Origin: Candidatus Spongiisociaceae bacterium
Lineage (GTDB): Bacteria; Actinomycetota; Acidimicrobiia; Spongiisociales; Spongiisociaceae
Assembly: GCA_965262915.1 (NCBI GenBank)
Contig: OZ253564.1
Location: 1,376,001 to 1,440,000, forward strand
Direction of reading: 5' to 3'
Length of the DNA stretch: 64,000 bases
Under the pieces are notes generated by a model, which saw only the letters and a program-made list of their open reading frames with translations, was not told the origin of the DNA and searched no databases. This document shows, one piece after another, positions 1 through 10,287 of this stretch. The translations under genes were made by a program, and so were the position numbers. Each line of letters starts with the position of its first letter. Position 1 is the stretch's first letter.

Positions 1-728
1 GCCCGGCTGCGGTGGTCGAGGTGACCGAGAAGAACCAGTCCCCGCTCGAACCAGGTCACCGCCTGTCCCGCCACGTATTGGACCAGCGGGCCGACGCACT
101 CAGGTGGTGCCCACTCGCCGGGGAGTATCCCGAAACGGTCTCGTTCCTGCTTGGGCAGGTAGATGCGCCCCATCCGGTGGTCCTCCAAGATGTCACGCAG
201 CATGTTGGTGAGCTGTAACGCTACGCCCAGGTCGTCAGCCAGCCGAGGGGCGTCGCTCTCACGCTCGGGGTGGCGGTGGCCCGCCTTGGTACCGAAGACA
301 CCCAGGGACAGGCGGCCGACCGAACCAGCCACCAGGCGGCAGTATCGGACCGTGTCGCTCATGGTCATGTACGTCTCGCCCCGCACGTCCTGCTCGCAGC
401 CCTCGACGATCTGATGGAGAGCGGCGACAGGAATCGGGTACCGGGTGGCAGCGTGGGCGACGCCCACCAGCACCGGGTCGGCGGGGTCGGCAATCTCGCC
501 CGCCTCCAACATATCGATCTCCGAGTGGAGGACTGCCAGAGCCGCCAGCTTGCGGTCGCGACACCAGTCACCATCACCGACGTCGTCGATACGCCGGGCC
601 ATCGCGTACAGTGCCGCCATCGCCCGGCGCTTGGGAGGTGGGAGCAGGCGGATACCGTAGGCGAAGTTGCGGGCCGCCGCCCAAGTAATCTCCTCACAAC
701 GCAGGTATGCCGACTCCGGGGTTATCAC
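1..728 (-). CDS. hpnD: Presqualene diphosphate synthase HpnD (squalene/phytoene synthase family); 3' end runs off the window
   Basis: Manual translation from GTG at 728, overlapping the hpnC stop (GTGA): MITPESAYLRCEEITWAAARNFAYGIRLLPPPKRRAMAALYAMARRIDDVGD. It has the NF..GI.LL and DDxxD motifs. Absent from the ORF track because it has no stop in the window. Confidence 0.88.
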   Translation of the reverse strand, partial: MITPESAYLRCEEITWAAARNFAYGIRLLPPPKRRAMAALYAMARRIDDVGDGDWCRDRKLAALAVLHSEIDMLEAGEIADPADPVLVGVAHAATRYPIPVAALHQIVEGCEQDVRGETYMTMSDTVRYCRLVAGSVGRLSLGVFGTKAGHRHPERESDAPRLADDLGVALQLTNMLRDILEDHRMGRIYLPKQERDRFGILPGEWAPPECVGPLVQYVAGQAVTWFERGLVLLGHLDHRSR

Positions 729-1666
729 CGAACACCCCTCGTGCCCCGACGCGCCACTCCACCGAAGTAAAGAGGGACGAAGCGGCGCATCAACCGTAGG
801 GCGCCAGCCTGTCGGGTACCACCCAGCACGTCGAAGCGCGCCGCCTCGATGGAGTCGAGCCCGGCGAGTCCTCCAGCTACGAATCCGGCGATGGCCAGGC
901 GGGAGTATCCCCGCAGCGATGCAACCAGCGGTCGCCCGGCCTCGATCATCTCTCGGGTACGGTCCGCCTCATACGCCACCAGGTCCCGGAGACCCGTGCC
1001 GGCTACCAGCGCCAGCAGATCCTCGGTCGTGCATCCGAAGCGCTCCATATCATCGACCGGCATGTAGACGCGGCCCGCTATGGCGTCCTCGGCCAAGTCT
1101 TGGAGGTGCTCCAGGACCTGCAGCCCGCTGCACACGGAGTCCGAGGCCTCCAAGCGGTCGGCGGTGGCCGACTCGAAGACCGCCAGGACGAGGTGACCCA
1201 CGGGATTCGCCGACAGCGCGCAGTACTCCATCAGTTCCTGCCAGTTGGAGTAGCGGTTCTGTTGCTGATCCAGACGGTTGGCGGCCAGCAGCTGATCGAA
1301 CGGCGTGCGGGACAACCCGAAGCGGGTGACCGTCGGGGCCAGCCGACGGAAGACCGGATGGCGTGGAGTCCCGGCGAAGAGATAGTCGAGCTCAGCCTCG
1401 ACCCAGTCCAGCGCCGCCAAGCGGTCCCCGGGGTATTCGTCGCCCAGGTTGTCGGTGAGTCTGGCGTAGCCGTAGATCGCTTGCAGGTGCAGTCGCAGGT
1501 GCGCCGGCAGCGCCCGCAGCGCCACCGGAAAGTTCTCGTGAGCCGCCCGGGCCATCACGGCCTCGAGACCGACGTGCTCCTCGATCGCCTCGGCGGCCGC
1601 GGTCGGGGCATCCGGCCACGAAGCGCCCGCCGGAATCCGGTTCACTGCTCGCTGGATGAACACCAC
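725..1666 (-). CDS. hpnC: Squalene synthase HpnC
   Basis: Motifs HENFPVA, IYGYARLTDNLGDE, YCALSANPVGHLVL and LQVLEHLQDLAED; directly upstream of hpnD. Confidence 0.9.
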   Translation of the reverse strand: MVFIQRAVNRIPAGASWPDAPTAAAEAIEEHVGLEAVMARAAHENFPVALRALPAHLRLHLQAIYGYARLTDNLGDEYPGDRLAALDWVEAELDYLFAGTPRHPVFRRLAPTVTRFGLSRTPFDQLLAANRLDQQQNRYSNWQELMEYCALSANPVGHLVLAVFESATADRLEASDSVCSGLQVLEHLQDLAEDAIAGRVYMPVDDMERFGCTTEDLLALVAGTGLRDLVAYEADRTREMIEAGRPLVASLRGYSRLAIAGFVAGGLAGLDSIEAARFDVLGGTRQAGALRLMRRFVPLYFGGVARRGTRGVR

Positions 1667-2109
1667 ACCCCCCGCCTACCCTGGCGCCGTAGGCTGGCGC
1701 AACTGGGGTACTCTCACGAGGACGCCACGGCAGACAATAGTTGACCGATCGTTCGCTTTCTTATGTTACGGTCCACTTTCTTGTGTCGCGGTCGACTGGC
1801 GGGCGGTGAGCGCCCGATAACAGACCGGACCTGCTGCCAGGGTGGCAAACCGCCGGTGGGGTTCGTCTCAGGTCCCCCGCGACCTCGTACATCTCCTTCA
1901 TGACAGGAATCACTTCACGAAACGTGTCCGAGCGTCTTCGATGGTGTGGAGGACCGCCTCCACGCCGTGGACGGATCGCTATGAGACGCTGGCGGTGGAG
2001 GGGGTACGTTCCGATGAGGTCAAACCAAGATCGGGTTGGCGTCTGGACCGGTTCGGAGGGTTCTTCGTTGGTGGGCTCGAGAGTGTTCGACTGTTCGGCC
2101 TTCCGGTGC

Positions 2110-2213
2110 GTGCCGGCGTTTTCCCGGCCCGTAAATCCGCTTCTCGGCTTTTGGGCTGTGTTGGTTACCGGTCGGTGGTCTGGGTGTGGGGTGTTTCCGC
2201 CTGAAACTGGCGG
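2110..2213 (-). repeat. Non-coding module D, copy 1
   Basis: ...gtgtttccgcctgaaactggcgg core; similar copies at 11440-11550(+), 44822-44935(-), 52731-52832(+) and partial 45500-45545(-). Confidence 0.75.
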
Positions 2214-2904
2214 GTAAGAAACCGCTGAAGGTCTTGGATCGAGGCTGGCTCGATCCCGATCCTGCTGCTCTGTGTTGCCGGTCCTGGCCGAGACGTTGCC
2301 ACTCGGTGCAGGGTGATCAACCCTGGTGGTCACAATCCCCTTTCCTTACTGGCCAGCTGTGTGGGGGCGGGGTGGCGCGACGATGGGGATTCGCTCGTCG
2401 TCGAACACGCGATTTCGTGGGGTAGGGCGTTGCTGTTGCCGGTGTGGTGGTCATATTACGAGGACGCCGGGCGGCGAAGTTCTGGGTGTTGGTGACGCCG
2501 TGAGCGACGGCGGCGTAGGACTCGGGGAGGTTGTTGCTCCGTTGGTGGTGTGGTAGGCGAGAACCCTTTCCGTTACGAGGAATCCGGCTCTTCGGTTAGC
2601 CGATCTTCTATCACTTCCCGGAGTTCATCGACAGCGCTCTTGATGTTCCCCAGGGACGGGGTGTTGAACGGATGGACCCTCCGGGGCGGCCTTCCCGTCG
2701 CTTATCAGGTTTCTTGCCTCGGGTCATGGATTCGCCCTTCCTAACCGGACTGACCGTTCGCTCGTAGCCGCGGTGGCCACGGGTCTACGAGTGAGCTACA
2801 AGCCTGACCTTTGACTCTGCTCTTAAACTGTCCTACTTATAGCTACCGCTCTGGCCCGAACTGGTATCCACGTTAGGCACTTGTAATGGTGGAGCCGCTG
2901 GGTA

Positions 2905-3360
2905 ATGCTTCGGGGTACGAAGAGCCATGAAGCTTCACCGAAGGACACAGTGGAAGCGCTACTCGAGTCGGCCAACCGGCTCACCGGTGGCGGCGTACCG
3001 CTACCCGACGCTCGCTACAGCGAACACCATGTGCGGGCCAAAGTAATCGCCGAAGCCTTGACCCACTTGGGCTCCGAAGGAGTTGTGGAGGCGGTACTCG
3101 AGACACGAGCAGGTACCAACAAAGACTTCCAACCACTCGACAACAAGGATCATCAGGTGCTGCGCAAGCTTCAGCGACAAGGCGCCGTCCCGGACAGTTT
3201 CCGGATCCGTCACGACGACAAGACCGAGGCCATCCTGCAGATAGCCGATCTACTCGCCGGGGCACGCTCCGACGGGCTCTGCGGTGTCAACCGAGAAACC
3301 TATTACAGGATCAGCCACCGAGTCCGCGCTACCCGCACCGTCTTCAGCAAGAGGCCCTGA
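2905..3360 (+). CDS. DUF3800-like protein (N-terminus possibly truncated)
   Basis: C-terminal EAILQIADLLAGA matches the QxAD motif of DUF3800-type RNase H-fold proteins. Confidence 0.55.
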   Translation: MLRGTKSHEASPKDTVEALLESANRLTGGGVPLPDARYSEHHVRAKVIAEALTHLGSEGVVEAVLETRAGTNKDFQPLDNKDHQVLRKLQRQGAVPDSFRIRHDDKTEAILQIADLLAGARSDGLCGVNRETYYRISHRVRATRTVFSKRP

Positions 3361-3430
3361 ACGCGCAGAGGCCCCGGGACTACGATCCGCAGCCAATCCG
3401 GGGCGTACTTCCAGTGAGGTCCTCAAACGA
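3361..3430 (+). ncRNA. Candidate DUF3800-associated structured RNA
   Basis: Begins right after the stop codon: acgcgcaga-GCCCCGG(3371-3377)...CCGGGGC(3398-3404)-gtacttccag. No U-tract, so not a normal terminator. Confidence 0.45.
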
Positions 3431-3930
3431 CACCCATCAGCCAAAACAGCGCTCGCCGTTAACTTCCGTGTGGCCTCGGAGGATAGGTCACCAGCCACTG
3501 CGATTATCGCGGTTCGGATCCAAAACCGCAACCGATTGCTGTGTGCCTTGTAACAATCCACCCGGTCAGAAGTCGAGTCCGAGGCCACCCCGCCTGCGCT
3601 GCTGGATCTCCTGCTCCTGGGCCTGCCGTTCTTGCAGGGAGGCTAGGGCGTCGTCGATGTACCGGGTACCGACCCATTCGTTGACGACTTGCAGCGCCTC
3701 GACGTGGGTGGTTCCCTCGGGGATGATCCCGAACCCTGCGACGGCTTCCGCCAGACCTCCCTGAGTCCGTCGGCGACGACGCTCAGGGAGGAGTAGGCAG
3801 GCCCGGGCGTCTCAGGACAGCCAGCGCCACATGCCAGGGTACGCCGGCCTGCCCTGGTAACGGTTGCTGCCCCTCGTCTCGGCATCCAACTAGGCCACCC
3901 CCGTATCGAGCAACGGATCCCCCTTCCGCT

Positions 3931-4160
3931 GGGGGCTCGACCGGCCGCCGACAGCGGTTACCCGCCCGATGGTCTCACCAGCGTTGGCGGCTCCGTTTGG
4001 GTGGGTGTCGGAGGGGGGAGTGGAGGCGGCAGTGGTCGGCCGGGTTGTAGATGGATAGACGCGCCGTGCAGCTGTCGGTGGTGCAGTAGCGGCCGGGGGG
4101 ATATGTGCGTGGTGGGAGCCCTTGGTGGCGGACTCTGGTCATAGGGGGTTCACGGTACCC
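3931..4160 (+). repeat. Non-coding module A, copy 1
   Basis: gggggctcgaccggccgccgacagcggttacccgcccgatgg...ttcacggtaccc, repeated near 9976, 44225 and (reverse) 52121-52345. Confidence 0.9.
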
Positions 4161-4641
4161 GGGAGCGGTCTCCGCTGACGGGTGGCGGCAGCGGAGGACC
4201 CCTCCGCTGGGGGCAGCGACTCCTGGGTTTTGGGCGGCGTAGGGCGATTCGACTAACAGCAGCAGCGAGAGCTGGTGCGGCGGGCGGTCGCTGTCTTTCG
4301 CGCCGCCCCGACCTGACGGCCCCCATGTGGGTACCGCCACTGCAGTTTGAGGTCCGCGGCTCCGAGGCATGTACGCGTCGCGGGGCCGCTGCCGTCTCTG
4401 TGCTCGGCCGCTGTCCGTTCCCGTCGCCCAGTTGAGATAGAAGGATTCAGGCGTCGCTGGGCATGTCGGAGAAACACCTGATGACCACCTCGGGATTCCG
4501 CCCGACGAACAGCGTTGCGGCTTGGTTCCGGGCTTCGACTGGTTGTGTAACCACCGGGCTGCCAGCCCATTCCGGGGAGTCTCGAAAGGTTCTATGCTTG
4601 GCCGGTGACAGCGAGAAGGTGGGGACAAGGGATGTCCGGCG

Positions 4642-5030
4642 GTGACCAAGCGGTTCCATCGCGACACCGTCGACGGCGGCGACGACTCGGTGGGCTACTA
4701 CCGGTTCACGCTCTCCGAGGCGAGGGAGGTGGGTATCGGGCTGCGTCGCTTGGACCACAACGCCGACGTGTCCATCGAGGACGACGCCGGGACGGTGCTG
4801 CACCGTGGCACCAACGCGGGCACCGCCAAGGAATGGATCCGGGCGACGTTGCTGGCCGGGACCTAACTACGTGCGCGTCGAGGCCCGCGAGGCCGGCGAC
4901 AACTCCTATGTGCTGCGCTACGGCACCAGGGACGCCGACGCCGACGAGGTGGCACGTCTCCAAGCCGAGGCCGAGGCCGAGGCCGACACCATCGTCTTCG
5001 TGAACAACGACCCCGGTGAAGTCGTGTTGT
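4642..5030 (+). pseudogene. Fragment of a pre-peptidase C-terminal (PPC)-like domain of a large secreted protein
   Basis: DDSVGYYRFTLSEAREVGIGLRRLDHNADV...LLAGT, then a frameshift at ~4864 (acctaactac) into YVRVEAREAGDNSYVLRY. Confidence 0.55.
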
Positions 5031-5031
5031 C

Positions 5032-6408
5032 ATGACCTCGGACTGTTTTGACGTTGTTGTGATCGGCGCTGGGCCTGCTGGGAGCGCCACCGCGATCCGT
5101 TTGCGTCAGGTCAACCCGGCGTTGAGGGTCGCTCTAGTCGACAAAGCGGTCTTCCCTCGCGACAAGGCATGCGGCGACGGGCTCGGCCCAGGCGTCGCGT
5201 CGCTGTTGAAACGTCTGGGGGCCGACATCGCTGAGATCCCTCATGCGAACGTGTTCAGGCACGCGGAGGTGCACGGCCCTGACGGCACTTCCTTCGTTGT
5301 CGAGATGCCCGAAATGTTCGGCTCAGCGGTGGGCATGGCCGCGAGACGCACCGATTTCGATCATCTGCTATTCCGGCGCGCCCGCGACGTGGGGGCTGTT
5401 GTCATCGAAGGCGTCCGGTTTGTTGGGTTCGAAGTGTCTGAGAAGGCCGCAGAGGTCAAACTCCGCGGCGTCAACGACCGACACGAGCAGACCCTGCGAT
5501 GCCATCTGGTGGTCGGCGCGGACGGCGCCAACTCGCGGGTCAGGCGCGCCGCTGGGATCGACTCACCGCCACCGCACAAAACCGGCATCGCTCTGCGGGC
5601 CTACATCAAAGTCTCGCAGGAGTGCCGCGACAGGATCGTGGTGAGCTTCGAGGACCAACTCATCCCCGGTTACGGATGGTACTTCCCGTTCGCGGACGGA
5701 ACCGCGAACGTCGGTGTCGGGATGGAGCTCAGAGACTACCGGCGGCGCCGCCCCGACCTCGCCGCGCTGCTCGACGACTATCTGACGGTGCTCAACAGTC
5801 GAGGCATCCAAGCCGACAACCCAACAGACCTCTCCACATACATCCTGCCCACCAACTCCAAACCAGCGGCTCTGGTAGGACCGCGTCTGGCTCTGGTAGG
5901 CGACGCTGCTTCGCTGGTCAACCCCTTCACCGGGGAGGGAGTGGTCTACGGGATGGCCGCCGGGATTGCGCTCGCCGAGTCCGTGGCCTGGTCGCTGGGC
6001 GACACCGCGGGGCTGCACGCCGCGCTGGGCCAGTTCAACAAGCAGTTCCGGCGTCAGTACTCTGCTCACTTCTTCTCCAACTATGTGGCGCATCGCGCCA
6101 TGAGACGGCCGCTGCTGGTACGAACGATCATTGCGGCTATCTCAGCTAGTCCCCGCCTTCAGGTCTCCTCGATCGCTCTCATGTTCGGCGACAATCGCCT
6201 CTCCGCTGGTGACATCATGCGGGTCGTCGGCTACGGCGCCGCGCATATGGCACAGACCCTGGCACGCTCCGCGAACGGCAAGCGGCAACGGTATCTGCCC
6301 GGTCATGTTGCTAAGACGGCACAGAGCACACCACCCACCCAACAACACACTGCAGCGAGAGAGACGACCCGGCCGGCTGCTTCGCGAAGAAACACCCTGG
6401 TCTCCTAA
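5032..6408 (+). CDS. Geranylgeranyl reductase family FAD-dependent oxidoreductase
   Basis: Motifs VIGAGPAG, FPRDKACGDG, GADGANS, GYGWYFP and VGDAASLVNPFTGEG. Confidence 0.9.
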   Translation: MTSDCFDVVVIGAGPAGSATAIRLRQVNPALRVALVDKAVFPRDKACGDGLGPGVASLLKRLGADIAEIPHANVFRHAEVHGPDGTSFVVEMPEMFGSAVGMAARRTDFDHLLFRRARDVGAVVIEGVRFVGFEVSEKAAEVKLRGVNDRHEQTLRCHLVVGADGANSRVRRAAGIDSPPPHKTGIALRAYIKVSQECRDRIVVSFEDQLIPGYGWYFPFADGTANVGVGMELRDYRRRRPDLAALLDDYLTVLNSRGIQADNPTDLSTYILPTNSKPAALVGPRLALVGDAASLVNPFTGEGVVYGMAAGIALAESVAWSLGDTAGLHAALGQFNKQFRRQYSAHFFSNYVAHRAMRRPLLVRTIIAAISASPRLQVSSIALMFGDNRLSAGDIMRVVGYGAAHMAQTLARSANGKRQRYLPGHVAKTAQSTPPTQQHTAARETTRPAASRRNTLVS

Positions 6409-6412
6409 CTAG

Positions 6413-8181
6413 CCCCAATTCTTCACGTGTTGGGGGGTTAGGGGGGTGAGCTGGTTGGGGGTGGGTTAGCCGGCTTGGTTTTTGGGGGGTTGGCGGGTTC
6501 TGGGGGTGTTGGGGTGGGTATACGGGGGCGGTTTGAGGGTTTGAGGGGTGGGGTTAGGTGTTAGGGGCGTGGTGGGTTCAGGGTGGGGGTGGTGTGGGGG
6601 TGGGGGTTGTTCAGATGGTGTGGATGTGTTGGTGGGTGGTCGCGATGAGGGTGGCGGTGGGCCAGGTGGGCGGTATTCGGAGGGTGGTTTGTCGGCTGTG
6701 GCGTGCGATGACGCCTGGTATGTGCCATAGGTTCGGGCGCAGTGTTTTGGGTTTGGCTCGGGTGAGGGGGTGGTGTTTGGGTAGGGAGAGTTTCTGGAAC
6801 CAGCGGACCAGGGTGTCGGCGAGGGCGACTATGTGGAGCCAGAGCCGGTTAGGGGCGTATCTGGCGAATGGGAAGCGGTTGCCGCCGTGGTCTTTGACGC
6901 GGGCGATGTGGGTTTCGACTCGGGCGTGGGCGCGCATGTCGCGGTCGGATTCGGGAGCGGCTGCTTTGCTGTCGGTCCAGTGTCCCCAGTATCGGTAGTC
7001 CTCGGAGCCGAACAGGGATCGTTTCGCGCCGGGGTGGCGGGGTTCGCGTCTGATGACGAGTCGGAGGTCGTCGGGCCAGTTGTAGGCTTTGACGTGGTCG
7101 GTGAGTTCGATCACATGGGCACGAACCGGATCAGGTTCTGCGTCTTCGGTCCCGTTGTCGGAGCGGACAGCGTCGGGTCCCTCCTCCGGGTTGTCGACCC
7201 CTGCGGTGTTCGGGTTGTTGTGTTGGGCTGGTCTGGGTTGGGGAAGGGCAGGCTCCCAGCGTGGGTCGTCTACGGGGATGTGGCTGAGGGCTTCGGCGAT
7301 CCCGTCGGAGCGTTTAGCGACGAAACTGAACCCGATGTTACGTTTGTGGCATTCGGTAGCGAACGCGGGTCCCGCCGCGGAATCGGCCCGGACCCGGATC
7401 CGATAGGCCACCCGCTCGGGGTCGTCACCCGGCGAATGCCCCACCCGCATCCGGGCGGGCAGCGCCCTGATAGCCGCGTCCAGCACCTCGACCAGGTCAG
7501 AAACCTGATTAGGCGCGGCGTTGCCTCGCCGCAGCCGAACAGCGAGCGGCTCCCCCGTCCAGTCCGCGAAGCAATACATCGGATGGAACCCGTACTTGTA
7601 GTTATAGGTCGGCGCGGCGCCCGCCTTGTTCTCCGAATGCAGCTCATGAACCGACGAATCAATATCCAGCACCACCGTCTCCCCTGCCGGGTAATCAGCC
7701 CACACCCGCTCCCGGACCCTGGCCATCCCGTCGGCCAGCCTCTCCACCAACCCCCCATCCGCTCCGGTGAGGGTCCGGTACAGAGTCGAGTCCGACGCCA
7801 CCTCACCGAACAATCGGCGCTGGGAACGCAACGTCTCGATGTCAGTGCAAGCCTCCCCACCCCCGGCCAACACGAGCATCAAATGAACCAGCACCCGGCC
7901 CCGATCATGAACCACCCCCGAAGCACCGAACGCTTCCGACAAAACCTCGCCCACCCGCAGACGATCCGCGAACCGGCCCAACAACCACAACCCCACATGA
8001 CCGACCTGGCTGCCACCACCCACCTCGACCCTCAACGCCAAACTGCTGTTAGCCTTCACCATACGGGTGCCCTCCTGACTGCGACCATGGACGTTTACTT
8101 CACCGCCCATAATCGCAGGTCAGAAGGGCATTCCCGTGTCAAACCACCCACCCCCACCACCAACCCCATGAAGAATTGGGG
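6413..8181 (-). mobile_element. IS1380-family insertion sequence, apparently intact
   Basis: 13-bp terminal inverted repeats ccccaattcttca (6413-6425) / tgaagaattgggg (8169-8181), flanked by CTAG on both sides (6409-6412, 8182-8185). Confidence 0.9.
6611..8110 (-). CDS. IS1380-family DDE transposase
   Basis: Motifs VASDSTLYR, VVLDIDSS, GFHPMYCF, LRRGNA, VRADSA and HARVETHI. Confidence 0.9.
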   Translation of the reverse strand: MGGEVNVHGRSQEGTRMVKANSSLALRVEVGGGSQVGHVGLWLLGRFADRLRVGEVLSEAFGASGVVHDRGRVLVHLMLVLAGGGEACTDIETLRSQRRLFGEVASDSTLYRTLTGADGGLVERLADGMARVRERVWADYPAGETVVLDIDSSVHELHSENKAGAAPTYNYKYGFHPMYCFADWTGEPLAVRLRRGNAAPNQVSDLVEVLDAAIRALPARMRVGHSPGDDPERVAYRIRVRADSAAGPAFATECHKRNIGFSFVAKRSDGIAEALSHIPVDDPRWEPALPQPRPAQHNNPNTAGVDNPEEGPDAVRSDNGTEDAEPDPVRAHVIELTDHVKAYNWPDDLRLVIRREPRHPGAKRSLFGSEDYRYWGHWTDSKAAAPESDRDMRAHARVETHIARVKDHGGNRFPFARYAPNRLWLHIVALADTLVRWFQKLSLPKHHPLTRAKPKTLRPNLWHIPGVIARHSRQTTLRIPPTWPTATLIATTHQHIHTI

Positions 8182-8282
8182 CTAGGACCTGTTCACACTT
8201 TGTAGGGTGCAGGCCTTGGTCGACGTTTTTGGGGTGTTCAGCACGCTGTTGAGTTCGCGAACATCCTTCACGTCGATCTGGG

Positions 8283-9094
8283 ATGATGTCGTCCATGTTG
8301 TTTGAAGAACCCACGGATTCGGGGCCCTCGCCCCGCTCGGTGTCGGTGGCCGCGCTGACCGATATCGGGCCTCGCGAGGCGAATGAGGACCGCATGTTCA
8401 CGGTGCTGTCGGATGATGGTGCTTGGGTGATCGCGGTGGCCGACGGGCTGGGGGGCCAACCCCGTGGTGACGAAGCGGCGTAGGCCGCCGTGGAGGGTCT
8501 GCCATAACGGATCGATGGTGAGGCCGAGATGGTCATGGCGTTTGTGGAGGCCAACGAGCGGGTGGTCGCGCTGTTCGGGCGGCGAGAGCGGAGCCGTCGG
8601 GTACCGCTCCGCAAGATTCCGATGAGCACGCTGTGTGTGGCGGCGTGGACACCCGAGGGTGGTCTGGTTATCGGGTGGATGGGCGACACGATGCCGTTGG
8701 TGGTGAAGTCCGGGCCGGGTGGCTTGGGGGATACTGCTGCGGCGTTCCCCATCGAAGCCCCTCCGGGGGTATCAACGCGTGTCTAGGACTACCGCCCAAG
8801 GACGGGGGGTACGATGCCGGGCTGGTTGAGGTCGAGGTGGTCGCCGACTTCGAGGAGCCCGACGGTGTGATCATCGCCAGTGACGGTGCCTGGGAACCAC
8901 TCGCGGACGCCTACGGTGACAACACGGGGTGGCTTTGGGACGAATCACCCGCCGGTATCGGGTCGGTGTGCCCTCCCGACGCCGACAACGCAGCGGAGGT
9001 CGCCCGCAGTGTCCTGACGAAAGCTCGTAGCGTCGGGCTCAAGGACAACGCCACCGTGGCGGTCGCCTACTGGAGACGGCCACCGGACCGCTGA
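8283..9094 (+). pseudogene. PP2C-family Ser/Thr phosphatase pseudogene
   Basis: Motifs TDIGPREANED, VADGLGG, WMGD, IIASDGAW and KDNATV, broken by in-frame TAG (8481), TAA (~8505) and a frameshift near 8720. Confidence 0.8.
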
Positions 9095-9234
9095 GGACCC
9101 ACATATGACCATCCGGGTTACGAACAGGGATAGGCGCCGCAGACCCCGGTGTCGAAGCTGCTACCAGGTCCCAGGGCGACTTCGCCGGCCTCGACGACGG
9201 CCAACTCCCTGGCATCGCCTCTAAGAACCGCCCT

Positions 9235-9648
9235 GGGACCTGGTACTTCCGCAAGGACGTGAACGCCCTCACCGATCCGGTGTCCTACTGGGTGAACACC
9301 GACGGGACCCGGGACGTGGGAACCGAGGGCGGGATCCCTGGACCGTACGTCGGGGTGAACTGTGGGGAGGACAGGTTCGTGAACCTCCGCTAGGACTACG
9401 ACGAGGAGACGGTCGAGGTCGAGTACCGCCTCTATCCGGACACCGAGGTGATCTCCGAGACGTTGTGGACAGTCGACGAGCAGGGGAGGAACACGTACCT
9501 CAGCCCGCCCGACGAGTCCACTACGTTCCTGGAGAGGCTACACGCCGAGGGAGCGGAGGAACTCAGGATGCACGTCGAATCTGAGACCTATCGGTTCCCG
9601 ATCGACGGCTTCGAGGTGGTCTTCAGCCGGCTCAACACCGTCTGCTAG
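9235..9648 (+). pseudogene. Disrupted hypothetical (probably exported) protein
   Basis: Continuous frame GTWYFRKDVNALTDPVSYW...NLR*DYDEETVEVEYRL...LNTVC with one internal TAG at ~9391. Confidence 0.4.
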
Positions 9649-9794
9649 GAGCCGGCAGCCTTCCCACCCACCTCAGAGGGCCGCTACTGGAGGCAACGGA
9701 GGACCCCTCCGCTGGGGGCTCGTGTCGGTGGTGTGGTCTCGACGACGGGCGACCTAATGGTGGTCATCCAATATCGGCTCTTGCTCGTGTCGCT

Positions 9795-10203
9795 GTGGGT
9801 GCTGGTGGACAAAGACACGCCGGCGGCGGGTCGGGAGTGGTGGTCGATGGTGTCCCGCATCCGGGGAGCCCGCGGGTAGAGCGGCGTTGTGGGCCCGGGA
9901 ACCTCGGGCCGTTTCCCCCCACATAACGGCCCCTCCCACCTACTGGCGTACTCCCGACCTCTGAAAGGGACTCGGGGGGGCTCGACCGGCCGCCGACAGC
10001 GGTTACCCGCCCGATGGGCCTCACCAGCGTTGGCGGCTCCATTTGGGTGGGAGTCGGAGGGAGTGGAGGTGGCAGTGGTCGGTCGGGTTGTAGATGGATA
10101 GGCGCGCCGTGCAGCTGTCGGTGGCGCAGTGGCGGCCGGGGGGATATGTGGGTGGTGGGCGCCCTGGGGGGCGGACTCTGCTCATAGGGGGTTCACGGTA
10201 CCC
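9795..10203 (+). repeat. Non-coding modules A'+A, copy 2
   Basis: Colinear with the reverse complement of 52121-52524 and with 44125-44445. Confidence 0.9.
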
Positions 10204-10287
10204 GTTTTGTTTAGCTGTGACCGAGGGCTATCGGTTCGACGTTGCATAGCTGGTTGAAGCTGTCCTGATCGGCGATAACACGGGCCG

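Noticed and set aside
6425-6610. Strongly G/T-skewed tract, possible G-quadruplex element
   Set aside because: It lies inside IS1380 downstream of the transposase stop and continues the C/A-rich bias of its 3' end; no independent evidence of function.
8283-9648. Stop-codon reassignment (TAG read-through)
   Set aside because: The same gene also has a TAA and a frameshift, and core genes such as rplY, pth and glpK end normally in TAG.
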